Shown here in pieces: positions 1 through 12,000 of a DNA stretch of 64,000 bases. The DNA lies in contig OZ024741.1 of the NCBI GenBank assembly GCA_964016885.1, positions 249,178,001 to 249,242,000 on the forward strand, given 5' to 3'. This stretch comes from Eledone cirrhosa. Taxonomy: Eukaryota. The position numbers and the translations under genes are program-made. The notes under the pieces were generated by a model that saw only the letters and a list, made by a program, of their open reading frames with translations, was not told the DNA's origin and did no database searches. Within the stretch, counting starts at the first letter, position 1, and each line of letters begins with the position of its first letter.

Positions 1-3000
1 ATAATTTCCAGCCGTCCAAGGGGAGATAATTTTCAGCCGTCCAAGGAGAGGTAATTTCTAGCCGTCCAAGGGGAGATAATTTCCAGCCGTCCAAGGGGAG
101 ATAATTTTTTTAAAAAAATCAGGCGGAGATAATTTGTAAACAAAAATCAGGGGGAGATAATTTGTAAAAAAAAATCAGGGGGAGATAATTTGTAAAAAAA
201 AATCAGGGGGAGATAATTTGTAAAAAAAATCAAGGGGAGATAATTTGTAAAAAAAAATCAGGGGTAGATAATTTGTAAAAAAAAATCAGGGGGAGATAAT
301 TTGTAAAAAAAAAATCAGGGGGAGATAATTTGTAAAAAAATCAAGGGGAGATAATTTCCAGCCGTCCAAGGGGAGATAATTTTCAGCCGTCCAAGGAGAG
401 GTAATTTCTAGCCGTCCAAGGGAAGATAATTTCCAGCCAGCCAAGGGGAGATAATTTGTAAAAAAATCAGGGGTAGATAATTTGTAAAAAAAAATCAGGG
501 GGAGATAATTTGTAAAAAAAATCAGGGGGAGATAATTTGTAAAAAAAATCAGGGGTAGATAATTTCCAGCCGTCCAAGGGGAGATAATTTCCATCCTTCC
601 AAGGGGAGATAATTTCCAGCCGTCCAAGGGGAGATAATTTCCCGCCAGCCAAGGAGAGATAACATTTAAAAAAATCAGGCGGAGATAATTTGTAAAAAAA
701 ATCAGGGGGAGATAATTTGTAAAAAAATCAGGGGGAGATAATTTGCAAAAAAAATCAGGGGTAGATAATTTCCAGCCGTCCAAGGGGAGATAATTTCCAT
801 CCTTCCAAGGGGAGATAATTTCCAGCCGTCCAAGGGGAGATAATTTCCCGCCAGCCAAGGAGAGATAATATTTAAAAAAATCAGGCGGAGATAATTTGTA
901 AAAAAAATCAGGGGGAGATAATTTGTAAAAAAATCAGGGGGAGATAATTTGTAAAAAAAAATCAGGGGAGATAATTTGTAAAAAAAATCAGGGGTAGATA
1001 ATTTGTAAAAAAAAATCAGGGGGAGATAATTTGTAAAAAAAAAATCAGGGGGAGATAATTTGTAAAAAAATCAAGGGGAGATAATTTCCAGCCGTCCAAG
1101 GGGAGATAATTTTCAGCCGTCCAAGGAGGTAATTTCTAGCCGTCCAAGGGGAGATAATTTCCAGCCGTCCAAGGGGAGATAATTTTTTTAAAAAAATCAG
1201 GCGGAGATAATTTGTAAACAAAAATCAGGGGGAGATAATTTGTAAAAAAAAATCAGGGGGAGATAATTTGTAAAAAAAAATCATGGGGAGATAATTTGTA
1301 AAAAAAATCAAGGGGAGATAATTTCCAGCCGTCCAAGGGTAGGTAATATCTAGCCATCCAAGGGGAGATAATTTCCAGCCGTCCAAGGGGAGATAATTTC
1401 CAGCCGTCCAAGGGGAGATAATATCCAGCCGTCCAAGGAGATATATTTTCCAGCCGTCCAAGGAGAGGTAATTTTAGCCGTCCAAGGGGAGATAAGTTCC
1501 AGCCTCCAAGGGGAGATAATTTCCAGCCAGCCAAGGGGAGATAATTTGTAAAAAAATCAGGGGGAGATAATTTGTAAAAAAAAAATCAGGGGGAGATAAT
1601 TTGTAAAAAAATCAGGGGGAGATAATTTGTAAAAAAAAAATCAGGGGGAGATAATTTGTAAAAAAAATCAGGGGGAGATAATTTGTAAAAAAAATCAGGG
1701 GTAGATAATTTGTAAAAAAAATCAGGGGGAGATAATTTGTAAAAAAAATCAGGAGGAGATAATTTGTAAAAAAAATCAGGGGTAGATAATTTTCAGCCAT
1801 CCAAGGGGAGATAATTTCCATCCTTCCAAGGGGAGATAATTTCCAGCCGTCCAAGGGGAGATAATTTCCCGCCAGCCAAGGACAGATAACATTTAAAAAA
1901 ATCAGGCGGGGATAATTTGTAAAAAAAATCAGGGGGAGATAATTTGTAAAAAAATCAGGTGGAGATAATTTGTAAAAAAAATCAGGGGTAGATAATTTCT
2001 AGCCGTCCAAGGGGAGATAATTTCCATCCTTCCAAGGGGAGATAATTTCCAGCCGTCCAAGGGGAGATAATTTCCCGCCAGCCAAGGAGAGATAATATTT
2101 AAAAAAATCAGGCGGAGATAATTTGTAAAAAAAATCAGGGGGAGATAATTTGTAAAAAAATCAGGGGGAGATAATTTGTAAAAAAAAATCAGGGGGAGAT
2201 AATTTGTAAAAAAAATCAGGGGGAGATAATTTGTAAAAAAAATCAGGGGTAGATAATTTGTAAAAAAAAATCAGGGGGAGATAATTTGTAAAAAAAAAAT
2301 CAGGGGGAGATAATTTGTAAAAAAATCAAGGGGAGATAATTTCCAGCCGTCCAAGGGGAGATAATTTTCAGCCGTCCAAGGAGAGGTAATTTCTAGCCGT
2401 CCAAGGGGAGATAATTTCCAGCCGTCCAAGGGGAGATAATTTTTTTTTAAAAATCAGGCGGAGATAATTTGTAAACAAAAATCAGGGGGAGATAATTTGT
2501 AAAAAAAAATCAGGGGGAGATAATTTGTAAAAAAAAATCAGGGGGAGATAATTTGTAAAAAAAATCAAGGGGAGATAATTTCCAGCCGTCCAAGGGGAGG
2601 TAATATCTAGCCATCCAAGGGGAGATAATTTCCAGCCGTCCAAGGGGAGATAATTTCCAGCCGTCCAAGGGGAGATAATATCCAGCCGTCCAAGGAGATA
2701 TATTTTCCAGCCGTCCAAGGAGAGGTAATTTCTAGCCGTCCAAGGGGAGATAAGTTCCAGCCTCCAAGGGAGATAATTTCCAGCCAGCCAAGGGGAGATA
2801 ATTTGTAAAAAAATCAGGGGGAGATAATTTGTAAAAAAAAAATCAGGGGGAGATAATTTGTAAAAAAATCAGGGGGAGATAATTTGTAAAAAAAAAATCA
2901 GGGGGAGATAATTTGTTGTAAAAAAAATCAGGGGAGATAATTTGTAGAAAAAATCAGGGGTAGATAATTTGTAAAAAAAATCAGGGGGAGATAATTTGTA

Positions 3001-3586
3001 AAAAAAATCAGGGGGAGATAATTTGTAAAAAAATCAGGGGTAGATAATTTTCAGCCGTCCAAGGGGAGATAATTTCCATCCTTCCAAGGGGAGATAATTT
3101 CCAGCCGTCCAAGGGAGATAATTTCCCGCCAGCCAAGGACAGATAACATTTAAAAAAATCAGGCGGGGATAATTTGTAAAAAAAATCAGGGGGAGATAAT
3201 TTGTAAAAAAATCAGGGGGAGATAATTTGTAAAAAAAAATCAGGGGTAGATAATTTCTAGCCGTCCAAGGGGAGATAATTTCCATCCTTCCAAGGGGAGA
3301 TAATTTCCAGCCGTCCAAGGGGAGATAATTTCCCGCAGCCAAGGAAAGATAATATTTAAAAAAATCAGGCGGAGATAATTTGTAAAAAAAATCAGGGGGA
3401 GATAATTTGTAAAAAAAATCAGGGGGAGATAATTTGTAAAAAAAAATCAGGGGAGATAATTTGTAAAAAAAAATCAGGGGGAGATAATTTGTAAAAAAAA
3501 TCAGGGGTAGATAATTTGTAAAAAAAAATCAGGGGGAGATAATTTGTAAAAAAAAATCAGGGGGAGATAATTTGTAAAAAAATCAA

Positions 3587-3686
3587 GGGGAGATAATTTC
3601 CAGCCGTCCAAGGGGAGATAATTTTCAGCCGTCCAAGGAGAGGTAATTTCTAGCCGTCCAAGGGGAGATAATTTCCAGCCGTCCAA
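3587..3686 (+). repeat. B block 'P' (4 x 25 bp), exemplar
   Basis: Fixed order: consensus / TTTTCAGCCGT / GGAGAGGTAATTTCTAG / consensus. Followed by T(n)A(n)TCAGGCGG and then GTAAACAAAAA. Recurs throughout the window. Confidence 0.92.
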
Positions 3687-3825
3687 GGGGAGATAATTTT
3701 TTTTTAAAAATCAGGCGGAGATAATTTGTAAACAAAAATCAGGGGGAGATAATTTGTAAAAAAAAATCAGGGGGAGATAATTTGTAAAAAAAAATCAGGG
3801 GGAGATAATTTGTAAAAAAAATCAA

Positions 3826-4049
3826 GGGGAGATAATTTCCAGCCGTCCAAGGGGAGGTAATATCTAGCCATCCAAGGGGAGATAATTTCCAGCCGTCCAA
3901 GGGGAGATAATTTCCAGCCGTCCAAGGGGAGATAATATCCAGCCGTCCAAGGAGACATATTTTCCAGCCGTCCAAGGAGAGGTAATTTCTAGCCGTCCAA
4001 GGGGAGATAAGTTCCTGCCTCCAAGGGGAGATAATTTCCAGCCAGCCAA
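3826..4049 (+). repeat. B block 'Q' (9 monomers, 224 bp), exemplar
   Basis: Fixed order includes GGTAATATCTAGCCAT, ATAATATCC, GGAGACATATTTTCC, a 24-bp GATAAGTTCC..CCTCC unit and a terminal CCAGCCAGCC. It underlies the recurring 78-aa pseudo-ORFs. Confidence 0.92.
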
Positions 4050-4293
4050 GGGGAGATAATTTGTAAAAAAATCAGGGGGAGATAATTTGTAAAAAAAAAA
4101 TCAGGGGGAGATAATTTGTAAAAAAATCAGGGGGAGATAATTTGTAAAAAAAAAATCAGGGGGAGATAATTTGTAAAAAAAATCAGGGGGAGATAATTTG
4201 TAAAAAAAATCAGGGGTAGATAATTTGTAAAAAAAATCAGGGGGAGATAATTTGTAAAAAAAATCAGGGGGAGATAATTTGTAAAAAAAATCA

Positions 4294-4600
4294 GGGGTAG
4301 ATAATTTTCAGCCCTCCAAGGGGAGATAATTTCCATCCTTCCAAGGGGAGATAATTTCCAGCCGTCCAAGGGGAGATAATTTCCCGCCAGCCAAGGAGAG
4401 ATAACATTTAAAAAAATCAGGCGGAGATAATTTGTAAAAAAAATCAGGGGGAGATAATTTGTAAAAAAATCAGGGGGAGATAATTTGTAAAAAAAATCAG
4501 GGGTAGATAATTTCCAGCCGTCCAAGGGGAGATAATTTCCATCCTTCCAAGGGGAGATAATTTCCAGCCGTCCAAGGGGAGATAATTTCCCGCCAGCCAA
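4294..4600 (+). repeat. B block 'R' doublet (two 4-monomer blocks, 206-bp period), exemplar
   Basis: GGGGTAGAT.. / CCATCCTTCC / consensus / CCCGCCAGCC. The first block is followed by GATAACATTT and the second by GATAATATTT. Starts at 4294 and 4500. Confidence 0.92.
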
Positions 4601-6274
4601 GGAGAGATAATATTTAAAAAAATCAGGCGGAGATAATTTGTAAAAAAAATCAGGGGGAGATAATTTGTAAAAAATCAGGGGGAGATAATTTGTAAAAAAA
4701 AATCAGGGGGAGATAATTTGTAAAAAAAAATCAGGGGGAGATAATTTGTAAAAAAAAATCAGGGGGAGATAATTTGTAAAAAAAAAATCAGGGGGAGATA
4801 ATTTGTAAAAAAATCAAGGGGAGATAATTTCCAGCCGTCCAAGGGGAGATAATTTTCAGCCGTCCAAGGAGAGGTAATTTCTAGCCGTCCAAGGGGAGAT
4901 AATTTCCAGCCGTCCAAGGGGAGATAATTTTTTTAAAAAAATCAGGCGGAGATAATTTGTAAACAAAAATCAGGGGGAGATAATTTGTAAAAAAAATCAG
5001 GGGGAGATAATTTGTAAAAAAAAAATCAGGGGGTGATAATTTGTAAAAAAATCAAGGGGAGATAATTTCCAGCCGTCCAAGGGGAGATAATTTTCAGCCG
5101 TCCAAGGAGAGGTAATTTCTAGCCGTCCAAGGGGAGATAATTTCCAGCCAGCCAAGGGGAGATAATTTGTAAAAAAATCAGGGGTAGATAATTTGTAAAA
5201 AAAAATCAGGGGGAGATAATTTGTAAAAAAAATCAGGGGGAGATAATTTGTAAAAAAAATCAGGGGTAGATAATTTCCAGCCGTCCAAGGGGAGATAATT
5301 TCCATCCTTCCAAGGGGAGATAATTTCCAGCCGTCCAAGGGGAGATAATTTCCCGCCAGCCAAGGAGAGATAACATTTAAAAAAATCAGGCGGAGATAAT
5401 TTGTAAAAAAAATCAGGGGGAGATAATTTGTAAAAAAATCAGGGGGAGATAATTTGTAAAAAAAATCAGGGGAAGATAATTTGTAAAAAAAATCAGGGGT
5501 AGATAATTTGTAAAAAAAATCAGGGGGAGATAATTTGTAAAAAAAATCAGGGGTAGATAATTTCCCGCCAGGGGAGATAATTTCCCGCCAGCCAAGGAGA
5601 GATAATATTTAAAAAAATCAGGCGGAGATAATTTGTAAAAAAAATCAGGGGGAGATAATTTGTAAAAAAATCAAGGGGAGATAATTTCCAGCCGTCCAAG
5701 GGGAGATAATTTTCAGCCGTCCAAGGAGAGGTAATTTCTAGCCGTCCAAGGGGAGATAATTTCCAGCCGTCCAAGGGGAGATAATTTTTTTAAAAAAATC
5801 AGGCGGAGATAATTTGTAAACAAAAATCAGGGGGAGATAATTTGTAAAAAAAAATCAGGGGGAGATAATTTGTAAAAAAAAATCAGGGGGAGATAATTTG
5901 TAAAAAAAATCAAGGGGAGATAATTTCCAGCCGTCCAAGGGGAGGTAATATCTAGCCATCCAAGGGGAGATAATTTCCAGCCGTCCAAGGGGAGATAATT
6001 TCCAGCCGTCCAAGGGGAGATAATATCCAGCCGTCCAAGGAGACATATTTTCCAGCCGTCCAAGGAGACGTAATTTCTAGCCGTCCAAGGGGAGATAAGT
6101 TCCAGCCTCCAAGGGGAGATAATTTCCAGCCAGCCAAGGGGAGATAATTTGTAAAAAAATTAGGGGGAGATAATTTGTAAAAAAAAATTAGGGGGAGATA
6201 ATTTGTAAAAAAAAATCAGGGGGAGATAATTTGTAAAAAAAAATCAGGGGGAGATAATTTGTAAAAAAAATCAA

Positions 6275-6399
6275 GGGGAGATAATTTCCAGCCGTCCAAG
6301 GGGAGATAATTTTCAGCCGTCCAAGGAGAGGTAAATTCTAGCCGTCCAAGGAGATATAATTTCCAGCCGTCCAAGGGGAGATAATTTCCAGCCGTCCAA
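6275..6399 (+). repeat. B block 'S' (5 x 25 bp), exemplar
   Basis: P-like block with GGTAAATTCTAG and GGAGATATAATTT. The preceding A run contains TTAGGGGG variant monomers. Confidence 0.88.
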
Positions 6400-6845
6400 G
6401 GGGAGATAATTTTTAAAAAAAAATCAGGCGGAGATAATTTGTAAACAAAAATCAGGGGGAGATAATTTTTTAAAAAAAATCAGGGGGAGATAATTTGTAA
6501 AAAAAAATCAGGGGGAGATAATTTGTAAAAAAAATCAAGGGGAGATAATTTCCAGCCGTCCAAGGGGAGGTAATATCTAGCCATCCAAGGGGAGATAATT
6601 TCCAGCCGTCCAAGGAGAGATAATATCCAGCCGTCCAAGGAGACATATTTTCCAGCCGTCCAAGAAGAGGTAATTTCTAGCCGTCCAAGGGGAGATAAGT
6701 TCCAGCCTCCAAGGGGAGATAATTTCCAGCCAGCCAAGGGGAGATAATTTGTAAAAAAATCAGGGGGGAGATAATTTGTAAAAAAAATCAGGGGGAGATA
6801 ATTTGAAAAAAAAATCAGGGGGAGATAATTTGTAAAAAATATCAA

Positions 6846-6995
6846 GGGGAGATAATTTCCAGCCCTCCAAGGGGCTATAATTTCCAGCCGTGCAAGGGGA
6901 GATAATTTCCAGCCGTCCAAGGGGAGATAATTTCCATCCTTCCAAGGGGAGATAATTTCCAGCCGTCCAAGGGGAGATAATTTCCCGCCAGCCAA
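6846..6995 (+). repeat. B block 'T' (6 x 25 bp), exemplar; 10 copies in the window
   Basis: AATATCAAGG entry, CAGCCCTCC, GGGGCTATAA, CCGTGCAAGG, then an R-like tail and a shortened GGCGGAGATTGT monomer. Copies end at 6995, 11061, 19841, 21867, 29424, 33490, 42063, 44089, 53300 and 62510. Confidence 0.9.
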
Positions 6996-8771
6996 GGGAA
7001 GATAATTTTTTTAAAAATCAGGCGGAGATTGTAAAAAAAATCAGGGGGAGATAATTTGTAAAAAAATCAGGGGGAGATAATTTGTAAAAAAAAAATCAGG
7101 GGGAGATAATTTGTAAAAAAAAATCAGGGGGAGATAATTTGTAAAAAAAATCAGGGAGAGATAATTTGTAAAAAAAATCAGGGGTAGATAATTTGTAAAA
7201 AAAATCAGGGGGAGATAATTTGTAAAAAAAATCAGGGGGAGATAATTTGTAAAAAAAATCAGGGGTAGATAATTTTCAGCCGTCCAAGGGGAGATAATTT
7301 CCATCCTTCCAAGGGGAGATAATTTCCAGCCGTCCAAGGGGAGATAATTTCCCGCCAGCCAAGGAGAGATAACATTTAAAAAAATCAGGCGGAGATAATT
7401 TGTAAAAAAATCAGGGGGAGATAATTTGTAAAAAAAATCAGGGGTAGATAATTTCCAGCCGTCCAAGGGGAGATAATTTCCATCCTTCCGAGGGGAGATA
7501 ATTTCCAGCCGTCCAAGGGGAGATAATTTCCCGCCAGCCAAGGAGAGATAATATTTAAAAAAATCAGGCGGAGATAATTTGTAAAAAAAATCAGGGGGAG
7601 ATAATTTGTAAAAAAAAATCAGGGGGAGATAATTTGTAAAAAAAAATCAGGGGGAGATAATTTGTAAAAAAAAATCAGGGGTAGATAATTTGTAAAAAAA
7701 AATCAGGGGGAGATAATTTGTAAAAAAAAAATCAAGGGGAGATAATTTCCAGCCGTCCAAGGGGAGATAATTTTCAGCCGTCCAAGGAGAGGTAATTTCT
7801 AGCCGTCCAAGGGGAGATAATTTCCAGCCAGCCAAGGGGAGATAATTTCCCGCCAGCCAAGGAGAGATAACATTTAAAAAAATCAGGCGGAGATAATTTG
7901 TAAAAAAAATCAGGGGGAGATAATTTGTAAAAAAATCAGGGGGAGATAATTTGTAAAAAAAATCAGGGGTAGATAATTTCCAGCCGTCCAAGGGGAGATA
8001 ATTTCCATCCTTCCAAGGGGAGATAATTTCCAGCCGTCCAAGGGGAGATAATTTCCCGCCAGCCAAGGAGAGATAATATTTAAAAAAATCAGGCGGAGAT
8101 AATTTGTAAAAAAAATCAGGGGGAGATAATTTGTAAAAAAATCAGGGGGAGATAATTTGTAAAAAAAAATCAGGGGAGATAATTTGTAAAAAAAATCAGG
8201 GGGAGATAATTTGTAAAAAAAAATCAGGGGTAGATAATTTGTAAAAAAAAATCAGGGGGAGATAATTTGTAAAAAAAAAATCAGGGGGAGATAATTTGTA
8301 AAAAAATCAAGGGGAGATAATTTCCAGCCGTCCAAAGGGAGATAATTTTCAGCCGTCCAAGGAGGTAATTTCTAGCCGTCCAAGGGGAGATAATTTCCAG
8401 CCGTCCAAGGGGAGATAATTTTTTTAAAAAAATCAGGCGGAGATAATTTGTAAACAAAAATCAGGGGGAGATAATTTGTAAAAAAAAATCAGGGGGAGAT
8501 AATTTGTAAAAAAAAATCAGGGGGAGATAATTTGTAAAAAAAATCAAGGGGAGATAATTTCCAGCCGTCCAAGGGGAGGTAATATCTAGCCATCCAAGGG
8601 GAGATAATTTCCAGCCGTCCAAGGGGAGATAATTTCCAGCCGTCCAAGGGGAGATAATATCCAGCCGTCCAAGGAGACATATTTTCCAGCCGTCCAAGGA
8701 GAGGTAATTTCTAGCCGTCCAAGGGGAGATAAGTTCCAGCCTCCAAGGGGAGATAATTTCCAGCCAGCCAA

Positions 8772-9096
8772 GGGGAGATAATTTATAAAAAATCAGCGGG
8801 AGATAATTTTTAAAAAAAAAATCAGGGGGAGATAATTTGTAAAAAAATCAGGGGGAGATAATTTGTAAAAAAAAAATCAGGGGGAGATAATTTGTAAAAA
8901 AAATCAGGGGGAGATAATTTGTAAAAAAAATCAGGGGTAGATAATTTGTAAAAAAAATCAGGGGGAGATAATTTGTAAAAAAAATCAGGGGGAGATAATT
9001 TGTAAAAAAAATCAGGGGTAGATAATTTGTAAAAAAAAATCAGGGGGAGATAATTTGTAAAAAAAATCAGGGGGAGATAATTTGTAAAAAAAATCA
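8772..9096 (+). repeat. Example long run of type A monomers, TCAGGGGGAGATAATTTGT(A)n, modal length 27 bp
   Basis: About 12 consecutive units that differ mainly in A-tract length and in GGGGG versus GGGGT. Confidence 0.95.
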
Positions 9097-12000
9097 GGGG
9101 TAGATAATTTCCAGCCGTCCAAGGGGAGATAATTTCCATCCTTCCAAGGGGAGATAATTTCCAGCCGTCCAAGGGGAGATAATTTCCCGCCAGCCAAGGA
9201 GAGATAACATTTAAAAAAATCAGGCGGAGATAATTTGTAAAAAAAATCAGGGGGAGATAATTTGTAAAAAAATCAGGGGGAGATAATTTGTAAAAAAAAT
9301 CAGGGGTAGATAATTTCCAGCCGTCCAAGGGGAGATAATTTCCATCCTTCCAAGGGGAGATAATTTCCAGCCGTCCAAGGGGAGATAATTTCCCGCCAGC
9401 CAAGGAGAGATAATATTTAAAAAAATATGCGGAGATAATTTGTAAAAAAAATCAGGGGGAGATAATTTGTAAAAAAATCAGGGGGAGATAATTTGTAAAA
9501 AAAATCAGGGGGAGGTAATTTGTAAAAAAAATCAGGGGTAGATAATTTGTAAAAAAAATCAGGGGGAGATAATTTGTAAAAAAAATCAGGGGGAGATAAT
9601 TTGTAAAAAAAATCAGGGGTAGATAATTTCCCGCCAGGGGAGATAATTTCCCGCCAGCCAAGGAGAGATAATATTTAAAAAAATCAGGCGGAGATAATTT
9701 GTAAAAAAAATCAGGGGGAGATAATTTGTAAAAAAATCAAGGGGAGATAATTTCCAGCCGTCCAAGGGGAGATAATTTTCAGCCGTCCAAGGAGAGGTAT
9801 TTTCTAGCCGTCCAAGGGGAGATAATTTCCAGCCGTCCAAGGGGAGATAATTTTTTAAAAAAAATCAGGCGGAGATAATTTGTAAACAAAAATCAGGGGG
9901 AGATAATTTGTAAAAAAAAATCAGGGGGAGATAATTTGTAAAAAAAAATCAGGGGGAGATAATTTGTAAAAAAAATCAAGGGGAGATAATTTCCAGCCGT
10001 CCAAGGGGAGGTAATATCTAGCCATCCAAGGGGAGATAATTTCCAGCCGTCCAAGGGGAGATAATTTCCAGCCGTCCAAGGGGAGATAATATCCAGCCGT
10101 CCAAGGAGACATATTTTCCAGCCGTCCAAGGAGACGTAATTTCTAGCCGTCCAAGGGGAGATAAGTTCCAGCCTCCAAGGGGAGATAATTTCCAGCCAGC
10201 CAAGGGGAGATAATTTGTAAAAAAATTAGGGGGAGATAATTTGTAAAAAAAAATTAGGGGGAGATAATTTGTAAAAAAAAATCAGGGGGAGATAATTTGT
10301 AAAAAAAAATCAGGGGGAGATAATTTGTAAAAAAAATCAAGGGGAGATAATTTCCAGCCGTCCAAGGGGAGATAATTTTCAGCCGTCCAAGGAGAGGTAA
10401 ATTCTAGCCGTCCAAGGAGATATAATTTCCAGCCGCCCAAGGGGAGATAATTTCCAGCCGTCCAAGGGGAGATAATTTTTAAAAAAAAATCAGGCGGAGA
10501 TAATTTGTAAACAAAAATCAGGGGGAGATAATTTTTTAAAAAAAATCAGGGGGAGATAATTTGTAAAAAAAAATCAGGGGGAGATAATTTGTAAAAAAAA
10601 TCAAGGGGAGATAATTTCCAGCCGTCCAAGGGGAGGTAATATCTAGCCATCCAAGGGGAGATAATTTCCAGCCGTCCAAGGGGAGATAATATCCAGCCGT
10701 CCAAGGAGACATATTTTCCAGCCGTCCAAGGAGAGGTAATTTCTAGCCGTCCAAGGGGAGATAAGTTCCAGCCTCCAAGGGGAGATAATTTCCAGCCAGC
10801 CAAGGGGAGATAATTTGTAAAAAAATCAGGGGGGAGATAATTTGTAAAAAAAATCAGGGGGAGATAATTTGAAAAAAAAATCAGGGGGAGATAATTTGTA
10901 AAAAATATCAAGGGGAGATAATTTCCAGCCCTCCAAGGGGCTATAATTTCCAGCCGTGCAAGGGGAGATAATTTCCAGCCGTCCAAGGGGAGATAATTTC
11001 CATCCTTCCAAGGGGAGATAATTTCCAGCCGTCCAAGGGGAGATAATTTCCCGCCAGCCAAGGGAAGATAATTTTTTTAAAAATCAGGCGGAGATTGTAA
11101 AAAAAATCAGGGGGAGATAATTTGTAAAAAAATCAGGGGGAGATAATTTGTAAAAAAAAAATCAGGGGGAGATAATTTGTAAAAAAAAATCAGGGGGAGA
11201 TAATTTGTAAAAAAAATCAGGGGGAGATAATTTGTAAAAAAAATCAGGGGTAGATAATTTGTAAAAAAAATCAGGGGGAGATAATTTGTAAAAAAAATCA
11301 GGGGGAGATAATTTGTAAAAAAAATCAGGGGTAGATAATTTTCAGCCGTCCAAGGGGAGATAATTTCCATCCTTCCAAGGGGAGATAATTTCCAGCCGTC
11401 CAAGGGGAGATAATTTCCCGCCAGCCAAGGAGAGATAACATTTAAAAAAATCAGGCGGAGATAATTTGTAAAAAAATCAGGGGGAGATAATTTGTAAAAA
11501 AAATCAGGGGTAGATAATTTCCAGCCGTCCAAGGGGAGATAATTTCCATCCTTCCAAGGGGAGATAATTTCCAGCCGTCCAAGGGGAGATAATTTCCCGC
11601 CAGCCAAGGAGAGATAATATTTAAAAAAATCAGGCGGAGATAATTTGTAAAAAAAATCAGGGGGAGATAATTTGTAAAAAAAAATCAGGGGGAGATAATT
11701 TGTAAAAAAAAATCAGGGGGAGATAATTTGTAAAAAAAAATCAGGGGTAGATAATTTGTAAAAAAAAATCAGGGGGAGATAATTTGTAAAAAAAAAATCA
11801 AGGGGAGATAATTTCCAGCCGTCCAAGGGGAGATAATTTTCAGCCGTCCAAGGAGAGGTAATTTCTAGCCGTCCAAGGGGAGATAATTTCCAGCCAGCCA
11901 AGGGGAGATAATTTCCCGCCAGCCAAGGAGAGATAACATTTAAAAAAATCAGGCGGAGATAATTTGTAAAAAAAATCAGGGGGAGATAATTTGTAAAAAA

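Larger units (their letters stand above)
1075..4920 (+). repeat. About 1257-bp higher-order repeat (P-Q-R-R with intervening A runs), about 3 tandem copies
   Basis: Equivalent pseudo-ORFs start at 1225, 2482 and 3739 (exact 1257 spacing), and the block order repeats. Boundaries approximate. Confidence 0.88.

Noticed and set aside
101-120. T(n)A(n) palindromes after P and S blocks as terminators or hairpins
   Set aside because: They are AT-only stems derived from a G>T change and slippage in TTTGTAAA. There is no GC stem and no upstream gene.
3826-3840. NF-kB-like site GGGGAGATAATTTCC
   Set aside because: The spacing between GGG and TTCC exceeds the 10-11 bp kB consensus.
6160-6193. TTAGGG hexamers, and TCAGGG in each A monomer, as telomeric repeats
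   Set aside because: They are isolated single hexamers 27-28 bp apart, arising from a C>T variant of TCAGGG. There is no tandem telomeric tract.
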